Origin: Candidatus Collierbacteria bacterium
Lineage (GTDB): Bacteria; Patescibacteriota; Microgenomatia; UBA1400; MFAQ01
DNA: 64,000 nt
Assembly: GCA_903884375.1 (NCBI GenBank)
Contig: CAISER010000006.1
Coordinates: 1,080 to 65,079 of the forward strand
Reading direction: 5' to 3'
Shown here: positions 54,819 through 62,292 of the stretch, in pieces
Numbering within the stretch: the first letter of the stretch is position 1
Layout of the letters: each line of letters opens with the position of its first letter
Notes under the pieces: model-generated
What the model was told of the DNA's origin: nothing
Seen by the model: only the letters and a program-made list of their open reading frames with translations
The model's database searches: none
Translations under genes and position numbers: made by a program

Positions 54819-55399
54819 TATCCGAGTAGTTGAATTTCGTCCCCTATCAGGGTAATCCGCGGTTGAAGAAGAACTTTAATAATAAAGGGGTCTTGATGGT
54901 TTATGCGATATTTAAATTCGTCTTCGGTCATACAAGAATAGTTAATTTCTGTATCCATTAGCTTTTCGGCTGTTTTTACCAGAATTGATACTTGAGGCAT
55001 GATAATTTTACCGATAATCATTAGATCAACTTCTTCGGTGTCTCTTTTTAATCCTCTAGCTAATTTTTGAGAGATGAAGGCAAATTTTACAAATCCAAGT
55101 TTACTTTTATTTTTAAGTATAAGTTTCCCGAGCCCCGTAGATTTTGATACTAAATTTGAAAGTTCCGGATAAATTGAGAAAGTAGTTTTAACTGAGTAGT
55201 AAAGACGATTGCCTCTTTTTTCGCTTTTTAGGAGTCCGGCTTTCTGAAGATGTTCCAGTTCACGTCTTATGGCATTAATTTCTTCCTTGGTTTTTCTGGT
55301 TAGCTCACGAACATAAAACATGTTTTTTGAGTCCGAAAGAAAAATCTTTAGAAGTTTAACCCTAACTTTAGAAATGATTAAATCTGATAGTTTGGCCAT
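54818..55399 (-). CDS. Winged-HTH protein fused to a degenerate minimal-nucleotidyltransferase-like domain
   Basis: SKVRVKLL..F, YVRELTR, IRREL..L...G wHTH; ARG....EVDLMIIG and EINY..MT..EF. Confidence 0.7.
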   Translation of the reverse strand: MAKLSDLIISKVRVKLLKIFLSDSKNMFYVRELTRKTKEEINAIRRELEHLQKAGLLKSEKRGNRLYYSVKTTFSIYPELSNLVSKSTGLGKLILKNKSKLGFVKFAFISQKLARGLKRDTEEVDLMIIGKIIMPQVSILVKTAEKLMDTEINYSCMTEDEFKYRINHQDPFIIKVLLQPRITLIGDEIQLLG

Positions 55400-55406
55400 A
55401 TATTGT

Positions 55407-55433
55407 GGCCCACCAAAGGCGGGCGGGCAGGCC
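55407..55433. repeat. GC-rich short palindromic element
   Basis: GGCCCACCAAAGGCGGGCGGGCAGGCC in an AT-rich intergenic gap. Confidence 0.5.
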
Positions 55434-55447
55434 TAACTAATAATATC

Positions 55448-56665
55448 CTAATTGTACTCGACTTTGTTGCCAATGGGTAATAATTCTACCCAAATGTTTC
55501 CAGGAACAAACACCATTTCTTTTCCCGCTTTGTCATAAAAGACTGTGCGTTCTAGTTGTTTGGTTTTTTTCCAAGTAACTTCTGTGACAACTCCGTTTTG
55601 AAAAATTAAACCCGTACCGGAACCAATGACGTCATAGTACAAATGCTTACCGTAATCACCTAGCTCGGTTTCTTTGGCAAACTGGACAATGACGTTTGAG
55701 GCAGATAGTTGTTGTTTGGTATCGAAATCTATGTGTGCTACTCCTGCGTTGAAACGAAGATATGTTTTGGAGGCCGGATCGTATTTCCATTCAACAGCAA
55801 AATCAGAATAGTTTTTCCAAAACTCAAATTTAATATTAGTTGCGGGAGTACCGGAGACAACGAGATCTTTGTTTGTTTTCCAAGATTTAAAGCCTGATAA
55901 CCATGTATTGTCGTTTGGCATTTTTGCAGTGTATCCACGTGTCATGGCTTGTTTCCAGGCAGCCGGTAACGAACCGACCATGGTGTGCTCAGTTATATCA
56001 GGAGTTGCATTACCACGGCGATTGGCATCACGGAAAAGTACTGGCATACCAGTATCCCCTGTCGTGTCAAAATCATTACCACCAGGTTTTCTCCAGCCAA
56101 GTTTTGTAAGTTCTTCAATGGCAAAGGCCTTGGGATGGCTAACACATTGGCCAGTCCCTTCGTCTCGACCGCAATTGGCTCCGCCTACATGCATGTAAAT
56201 CGGCGTATTGTATTCTGCGGCTATGTTTACGAAATAAATACGGGCGGAACGAACCGGAGCGACTCTGGCGGTATCGGATTGAGCACCACAATAAAAGACG
56301 CCCATAAAACGGGTGATTCCGCCTTCAGCTACAGCTTCATAGACGATATCGGCTACCGACAGACCAGATTGAGGTCTAACTGTGACATCGTTTTCAATCA
56401 TTGCTAATATTGGTCGGCGTGTTTCCCATAAAGCTTTTTCGGATTTACTATAAAGCTTTCCGTTTATGGGACAGACTTCTGTTTTTGGTTCGTTGACAAA
56501 CTGCCCAAATCCGGTGGATTTGATTGTTTCATCAGAGGCAATATTCGGAGAAATTAATGCACCGCCAGAATCCGGAACGGTAGCATAAGCAATCCCGCCA
56601 AAAACTAAATAAGTAACTATTAAACCAATAATTGTTTTTAGAGAAAATAATTTTGATGAAAACAT
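55448..56665 (-). CDS. DUF3048-domain exported protein
   Basis: MIEN....RPQSGL..ADIVYE...EGGITRF, PVRSAR.Y, NVIVQ, G.IWV. Confidence 0.85.
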   Translation of the reverse strand: MFSSKLFSLKTIIGLIVTYLVFGGIAYATVPDSGGALISPNIASDETIKSTGFGQFVNEPKTEVCPINGKLYSKSEKALWETRRPILAMIENDVTVRPQSGLSVADIVYEAVAEGGITRFMGVFYCGAQSDTARVAPVRSARIYFVNIAAEYNTPIYMHVGGANCGRDEGTGQCVSHPKAFAIEELTKLGWRKPGGNDFDTTGDTGMPVLFRDANRRGNATPDITEHTMVGSLPAAWKQAMTRGYTAKMPNDNTWLSGFKSWKTNKDLVVSGTPATNIKFEFWKNYSDFAVEWKYDPASKTYLRFNAGVAHIDFDTKQQLSASNVIVQFAKETELGDYGKHLYYDVIGSGTGLIFQNGVVTEVTWKKTKQLERTVFYDKAGKEMVFVPGNIWVELLPIGNKVEYN

Positions 56666-56668
56666 GAA

Positions 56669-57127
56669 TTATTTTAAAGCTTGTTTAATAACTTCTTGCT
56701 CTTCGCTGCTTAGAGTTTGAGTGTTGACTTTACCACCGTCGACTTTTTTGGCGTAGAGACGAGTATTTTCGCGACTATGTAATGAGCTTATCATAATACC
56801 ATCCCCCAAGTCATTAAGAAAAGCCGCGGTAAAACTCTGATCGCCACCCGTATCAGTAAAAGGATTATATCTTTTGAATCCAAGTTTCTGAAGATGCTTT
56901 TTGTTTTCATTGATTTCTTTATTTAATTTGTCACTTTGAATTTCGATATCTTTTGAATTTCTTTCTGAAATAGAAATTAAATGATTTAAAGAAGAAATAA
57001 GATCTTTTTTGGAAATGTTGGCGGTGAGACGAGAATAATGAAGAAGCGTTTTAATCAAAAGAATAGTAATTATTAATAACCACAAGGCAAAACCGCCATA
57101 AAGATAATTTATTGGTATCATAGACAT
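56669..57127 (-). CDS. DUF4446 family protein
   Basis: RYNPF.DTGGDQSF..A.L...G.G...SSLHSRE.TR.YAK, LS.EE; start reassigned. Confidence 0.85.
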   Translation of the reverse strand: MSMIPINYLYGGFALWLLIITILLIKTLLHYSRLTANISKKDLISSLNHLISISERNSKDIEIQSDKLNKEINENKKHLQKLGFKRYNPFTDTGGDQSFTAAFLNDLGDGIMISSLHSRENTRLYAKKVDGGKVNTQTLSSEEQEVIKQALK

Positions 57128-57149
57128 ATTAAGTTTACTACACTCAATT

Positions 57150-57392
57150 ATGATCAATCATAGAAAAACAAGGAAACAAAAGATAAGAAGTGAAATGCGT
57201 CAAAAAGAGAACGAAGCATTTCGAGTTAAGGCTGAATGGCTTCAAACAGGCACAAAAAGCAAGAAAGCCATTACTTTATATAATGAACCAGAAAAAAAAT
57301 TTTTGCGATTGGACTTGACAAAGACTTTGTTGCTGTCTATGCTTGTCCTAGCCTTGGAGTTAGCTTTGTGGCAGTATTTATCAAGGCACTAA
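57150..57392 (+). CDS. Hypothetical protein with C-terminal TM
   Basis: Basic N-terminus, DLTKTL followed by a hydrophobic tail; TACACT 5 nt before the ATG. Confidence 0.7.
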   Translation: MINHRKTRKQKIRSEMRQKENEAFRVKAEWLQTGTKSKKAITLYNEPEKKFLRLDLTKTLLLSMLVLALELALWQYLSRH

Positions 57393-57419
57393 CAAAAAGA
57401 AAGGGGGTGAACCAAGTAA

Positions 57420-57560
57420 ATGCAAATCTATTGTGTAAAATGTAGAGCCAAAAAAGAGGTTGCCGACTTCGAAAGAGTTACCATGAAAAATGGTAAACCA
57501 GCCGTTAAAGCTGTTTGTCCAACCTGTGGCACAAAAATGTTCAAAATCGGAGCAAAGTAA
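57420..57560 (+). CDS. 46-aa zinc-ribbon protein (DUF5679-like), absent from the ORF track
   Basis: MQIYCVKCRAKKEVADFERVTMKNGKPAVKAVCPTCGTKMFKIGAK; AAGGGGGTGA SD at 57401-57410; terminator follows. Confidence 0.88.
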   Translation: MQIYCVKCRAKKEVADFERVTMKNGKPAVKAVCPTCGTKMFKIGAK

Positions 57561-57568
57561 CCCGTCTT

Positions 57569-57604
57569 AAAACCCAAGTGAGAGAAATCAATCTTGGGTT
57601 TTTT
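57569..57604. terminator. Bidirectional intrinsic terminator
   Basis: AAAACCCAAG-N14-CTTGGGTTTTTT between convergent genes. Confidence 0.75.
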
Positions 57605-57617
57605 GTGGAAAAATAAA

Positions 57618-58310
57618 TTATTTCTTCTTGATATTCTTATACCAATTATTTAAAAGCGTTTTTACAATATCCTTTGAACCAAGCCCTAGACTTATTCCAA
57701 TACCAATTGAGAGAGCGGCTATAAAACCGGTAAAGGTGGTTTCAATAAAGAAACGAGCAATACCAAGCTGAGAAATAGAAGCAAGGACAAATACTGTCAT
57801 GGTGGCGTAGCTTACAATTTTCCCAACAAGGCGGGAAAGCGCCGGGTCTCCAGATCCAAGTGAGCCTTTGACCATTTTTTCTAAGAAACCGGCAATAAAG
57901 ACACCAACAACTAAAATAATAATGGCCGCAACTAGGGTGGGAATGCCAAGAATTATGGTATTTAAGAAATTACTGACCGAGGTTAACCCAAGAATATTAA
58001 TACTGGCAATGAAGAATAAAATAATGATTAACCAATAAATAATTTCAGCAATAATGATTTCGATTTTTTGGGTGATTTGAGCATTTTTCAAAAATTCCTT
58101 GACGGTAGAGTTTTTGATATGACCACCGAGTTTGGTTAAGTTGATTAATTTAACAGTGAGAGTTTTTAACCAACCGGCAAGAATTAAACCAACCAAAAAT
58201 AAAATAATGGCACCCAATAAACTAGGAATAAAACCGATTACGCCAACCAACATTTGGTTGAATGCATAGGAAAGAGAGTTTTCGAACGAGTAAACGAAAT
58301 TTGTATTCAT
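57618..58310 (-). CDS. TM-helix repeat membrane protein (CmpX/MscS-TM-like)
   Basis: Two P.L..A..I..VG repeats; QLGIA; LGLGSKD. Confidence 0.8.
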   Translation of the reverse strand: MNTNFVYSFENSLSYAFNQMLVGVIGFIPSLLGAIILFLVGLILAGWLKTLTVKLINLTKLGGHIKNSTVKEFLKNAQITQKIEIIIAEIIYWLIIILFFIASINILGLTSVSNFLNTIILGIPTLVAAIIILVVGVFIAGFLEKMVKGSLGSGDPALSRLVGKIVSYATMTVFVLASISQLGIARFFIETTFTGFIAALSIGIGISLGLGSKDIVKTLLNNWYKNIKKK

Positions 58311-58316
58311 AGAACT

Positions 58317-58345
58317 ATCTTATAGAGAATATTCTATTAAGTCAA
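58317..58345 (-). promoter_or_regulatory. Promoter TTGACT-17-TAAGAT giving a leaderless mRNA, with AGAATATTCT palindrome in the spacer
   Basis: -10 ends 6 nt before the ATG at 58310. Confidence 0.65.
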
Positions 58346-58490
58346 CATGATGTACCAACAATGTTATGAGAACTTACTCTGTCTCCTTTCAATAACTGCT
58401 GATAGGGAAAAATTACTGTGAGCTCCCTCGTAAGTGCTCCAATAGTTGTTTATGTTATAGGATTGATACGGATTTGGTATAATATACGTA

Positions 58491-58809
58491 CTCCCGGGTG
58501 CTAGTGAGGAACGCCCTTTCGTTCTCAAAGACGAAGGGGAGGAAAGTCCGGACAGCTAAAAGATAGGGTGACCGAGGAAACTCGGTTCTTCTCGAGGTGA
58601 CTCGAGAGGCGCGATAGGGCCACAGAGACGAACAAAGGTGAAACGCTCCAACGTTAGTTGGAGATTCTTTCAAAGAAACTTGAAGGAAGTGGTAACCCGC
58701 CCCGCTGCAATCGACGAATTGGGATTAAGGTATCTTTTCCGTCCCAGAAGTCTCGAGCATTAGATAGATGTTCCTCCTTGACAGAATCCGGCTTACAATG
58801 GCCCGGGGG
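58491..58809 (+). ncRNA. rnpB: RNase P RNA (reduced, type A-like)
   Basis: GAGGAAAGTCCGG and ACAGAATCCGGCTTA P4 signatures; P1 CTCCCGGG/CCCGGGGG; extended -10 TGGTATAAT at 58475-58483. Confidence 0.96.
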
Positions 58810-58859
58810 TCCCGAAAGGGTACCTTATCGTAGGAAAAATTTTCTTCAAGGTGAATAAA

Positions 58860-59855
58860 CTAATTTATTTCCGGTATGTTGGTGGTTTTGTTTAGTTTTA
58901 CGTGTCCTAGAATTACTCTGGCAGACAAGACAACAGGAAGAGAAAGTACGGCAAGTAAAGGTCCTCCAAGTTTCAGACCAATCATGATAGCCAGAAGAGT
59001 AACGATTGGGTTTAGACCGGTAGCTTTTTGCATTATTTTGGGGACAATAAGGTTGTTTTCTAACTGCTGAACAATAATGGCAACAACTAAAGCACCTATT
59101 CCAACACCTGGAGACATAGAAAAACCAACAAGGACGGCGGGAATGGTGGCAATTGTTGGACCTACATTAGGAACTAATTCCAATAGACCGGCGATAACAC
59201 CCAAAGCTATGGCATAGGGAAGTCCAATAATGACATAACCAAGATAGCTCAATACTCCAACGATGATCATTAAAAGAACTTCTCCCCTTATCCAGTGTCC
59301 TATTTCAATCTCAAGTTTTTCCGTTATTTGATAATAACGGCTACCTTTTTCACCCCACCAAAAGGTAAAGTAATCTTTTAACTTATGCATTTCCATAATC
59401 ATGTAATAACTGAGAACAATTGTGGCAAAAACAGTGAGGAAGCCAGAAAAGGTGCCAATGGCAATTTTGAATACTTGATTAGGGACTTGGAACAGCTGGG
59501 TCGAAAAAGAATTAACATCAAATTTGATTGGACTAACCATTTCAACAAGAGCTGGAATTTTTTGAATAAATTGTTCTGTTTGATTAAATAATGGTGCCGC
59601 AACAGAAACAGCCAGTGTAATGATCAAACCAAAAAAAGTAAGAAGAATCACGATGGCGGAAATACCTCTTTTAATTTTATGTTTTTCAAACCAGTCAACA
59701 AGAGGACAGATGGCGAGTGTTATAAGGATAGATGAAAAAACCAAAGCAATAATATCCAGTAACTGAACGATACTAAAGACAACGGCGAGAGAAAATAATA
59801 CCCAGAAAATACTAGCAACGGAAAGGTCAAAAATGATGCGTCTTTTTTTAATCAT
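58860..59855 (-). CDS. AI-2E family transporter
   Basis: PLVDW.E, W.RG, ELVPNVGP, QQLENNLIVPKIM....GLNP. Confidence 0.92.
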   Translation of the reverse strand: MIKKRRIIFDLSVASIFWVLFSLAVVFSIVQLLDIIALVFSSILITLAICPLVDWFEKHKIKRGISAIVILLTFFGLIITLAVSVAAPLFNQTEQFIQKIPALVEMVSPIKFDVNSFSTQLFQVPNQVFKIAIGTFSGFLTVFATIVLSYYMIMEMHKLKDYFTFWWGEKGSRYYQITEKLEIEIGHWIRGEVLLMIIVGVLSYLGYVIIGLPYAIALGVIAGLLELVPNVGPTIATIPAVLVGFSMSPGVGIGALVVAIIVQQLENNLIVPKIMQKATGLNPIVTLLAIMIGLKLGGPLLAVLSLPVVLSARVILGHVKLNKTTNIPEIN

Positions 59856-59856
59856 T

Positions 59857-60777
59857 TTATTGATATATTTTTTTTAAATCTGTTACCACCGAATGAGTAT
59901 CAATACTTTTATCATACCAAACAATTCCCGGTTGTTTTTTAAACCAAACAATTTGTCTTCTCGCATAATCAATCTCTGCTTTTGTCCAGTCTTCAATTGT
60001 TTCTTTTTTTGTTTTTTTACCCTCTAATAGAGCAATTATTTGTGGAACACCCAGACTGGTATAAATTGGAAGATTATTGTTTGGAAAATTTATTAATAAT
60101 TGCTTTACCTCATCAATAGAACCTGCAGAAATTCTTTTTGCGACTCGTTGATGAATTTGTTTTTTGATTACGTCTATATCAGGAAGAATCCCAATCCAAT
60201 GGAAAATGGGTAAAGCCTCATTTTTCTTTGTGGAATTAGTGCCGCGATGAGAATATGCAGATATTTCTAAAGCACGAATAAGGCGACGAGGATTCATAAT
60301 ATCCGAATGATTAAGAGAAGAATACTTTTGAGGATTTTCTTTTTGGAGAAGATTTTGAAGTTTTTGTACGGATAGTTTTTCAATCTTTTGGCGAAGTTTT
60401 TGGTTTGGAGGAATAATAATATCGGAAAGGTTCTGAGTAATTGCCTTTAAATATAATCCCGTACCACCGACAATAATTAGAGGGGTGTTTGATTCTCTTG
60501 AGTCATTGATAATTTTTTGGGAGTAACGGACAAAATCGGCCAGATTAGATCTTTCGTCAGATTTAAATATATTGAGTCCAAAAAATTTTATTTTCGGAGA
60601 AAGATCGTCGGGAATATCTTTTCCGGTAATGATACCAAGATCTTGATATGCTTGTCTGGAATCACAAGAGAGAATGTTGGCTTTTGGTAACTCTTTAGCC
60701 AATTGAAGTGCAAAACTTGTTTTGCCTGAGGCGGTTGGTCCACAGATAATAAGAATGTGCTGTTTTCGTTTATTCAT
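59857..60777 (-). CDS. miaA: tRNA dimethylallyltransferase
   Basis: GPTASGKT, DSRQ.Y, VGGTGLY, RRLIRALE, YARRQ..WF. Confidence 0.95.
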   Translation of the reverse strand: MNKRKQHILIICGPTASGKTSFALQLAKELPKANILSCDSRQAYQDLGIITGKDIPDDLSPKIKFFGLNIFKSDERSNLADFVRYSQKIINDSRESNTPLIIVGGTGLYLKAITQNLSDIIIPPNQKLRQKIEKLSVQKLQNLLQKENPQKYSSLNHSDIMNPRRLIRALEISAYSHRGTNSTKKNEALPIFHWIGILPDIDVIKKQIHQRVAKRISAGSIDEVKQLLINFPNNNLPIYTSLGVPQIIALLEGKKTKKETIEDWTKAEIDYARRQIVWFKKQPGIVWYDKSIDTHSVVTDLKKIYQ

Positions 60778-60780
60778 TAT

Positions 60781-61932
60781 TTAAGGAATTAAAGGTCTGT
60801 TTTTTAAATTATCTTTGTTGGTTATTTGATCTAGTATTTCCCAGCGTTGTTTTTTTATTTTGGCTGGAACATCGTCAGGATAAAGTCGTTGAGAGGCAGT
60901 GCCCGGACGTGGAGAGTATCTGGCAACAAAAGCTACTTTAAAATCAACTTGTTTGACTAAGTCCAAGGTATCTTCAAAATCTTTATCTGTCTCTCCCGGA
61001 AACCCGACAATAATATCGGTACCAAAAATGACATCGGGAACTTTGGCTTTGATTCTTTTAACAAGAGATAAATAGGTCTCTCTGGTATAACCACGATTCA
61101 TTAACTTTAAAATACGGTTACTGCCGGACTGAACTGGGAGATGAATAAAACGATCGATTTTAGAGTTTGTGGCGATTTCCTCAATCAACTCGTCCCAAAA
61201 ATCCCATGGGTTGCTAGTAAAAAAAGTAATTTTTTCAATTCCTTGAATTTGACTAATTTTTTGTAGAAGTAAGACAAATGGAGGTATCGATATTGGTTTT
61301 TGATATTGTGATTGGTTTGTAGGAATGGACTTTCCGGAAAAATTATTTTTGTCCATATAAAGTTTCCGAAGATTAATACCGGATTTTTCCAAACCATATG
61401 AATTTACATTTTGCCCTAATAGATTAATATTTTTATAACCATCTTTGACTAGTGAGTTAACTTCTTTAACGATATCTTCCATTGGACGTGATCTTTCACG
61501 ACCTCGAGAAAATGGAACAATACAATAGGTACAAAACGAATTGCAGCCAGTTGAGATTGGAACCCAAGCACTTACCTTGTCTTTTCTTATGGCCTTTTGA
61601 TTAAAACCTACTTCGGCAATTGGAAGAATTTCATCAATGTCGGGAAGAAGTTTCCTAATTTCTATTTCGTTGAAATGAAGCATACAACCCGTGAGAATCA
61701 CCTTGGGCTTGTTTTTTCCATGACATTCGATGAATTTATTTAAATTAACCAGGAAACCTCGAACGCGATCTTCGGCAGATTGTCTGACCGAACAGGTATT
61801 GAGAACTATTTCATCCGCATCTTGCCATTTTTGCGTTTCTTTGTAACCTCTAGCCAGGTAATCACCAAGGATTCTTTCGGAGTCAGATTTATTTGCCTGA
61901 CAACCAAATGTTTTGATGAAAACCGATGGCAT
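60781..61932 (-). CDS. miaB: tRNA methylthiotransferase MiaB-like, without TRAM domain
   Basis: TFGCQ.N..DS, NTCSVR, TGC; GCNSFCTYC; HLPVQSGS; DIIVGFPGET; YSPRPGT; adjacent to miaA. Confidence 0.88.
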   Translation of the reverse strand: MPSVFIKTFGCQANKSDSERILGDYLARGYKETQKWQDADEIVLNTCSVRQSAEDRVRGFLVNLNKFIECHGKNKPKVILTGCMLHFNEIEIRKLLPDIDEILPIAEVGFNQKAIRKDKVSAWVPISTGCNSFCTYCIVPFSRGRERSRPMEDIVKEVNSLVKDGYKNINLLGQNVNSYGLEKSGINLRKLYMDKNNFSGKSIPTNQSQYQKPISIPPFVLLLQKISQIQGIEKITFFTSNPWDFWDELIEEIATNSKIDRFIHLPVQSGSNRILKLMNRGYTRETYLSLVKRIKAKVPDVIFGTDIIVGFPGETDKDFEDTLDLVKQVDFKVAFVARYSPRPGTASQRLYPDDVPAKIKKQRWEILDQITNKDNLKNRPLIP

Positions 61933-62208
61933 TTACCAAACCTTCTTTTTTAATGGTTTGCCTACATGAAAATTGATGACTTTGTGGCCTTTTACCACTT
62001 GTCTTTTTCCTTCATTACCAAAAGGAACGACTTGCTTGTCATCGACTTTTCCAACATAAAAAGTACCGAAGCCGGAAATTACAACTTTTTCTCCTTTGCT
62101 AAGAGCCACAATTGACTCTTCAAAAAAAGTGTCCACCGTTTCTTTTACTGCCTTTTTGGTTAAATGTACCTTTTTGGATACAATCCCGATGAGAGTTTGT
62201 TTGGTCAT
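61933..62208 (-). CDS. HU/IHF family DNA-binding protein
   Basis: MTKQ.LI, GEKV.ISGFGTF, F..GK.LK; AAGGGGGTGA SD at 62215-62224. Confidence 0.9.
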   Translation of the reverse strand: MTKQTLIGIVSKKVHLTKKAVKETVDTFFEESIVALSKGEKVVISGFGTFYVGKVDDKQVVPFGNEGKRQVVKGHKVINFHVGKPLKKKVW

Positions 62209-62292
62209 ATTTTTTCACCCCCTTAAGGTGATTGGGCAGAAAGTAATAATTAATTTAGCTGATGATACCACCTAAAAGATAATTATTGCAAG

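Noticed and set aside
58455-58858. ORFs 58455-58673 and 58658-58858
   Set aside because: They overlap the RNase P RNA gene
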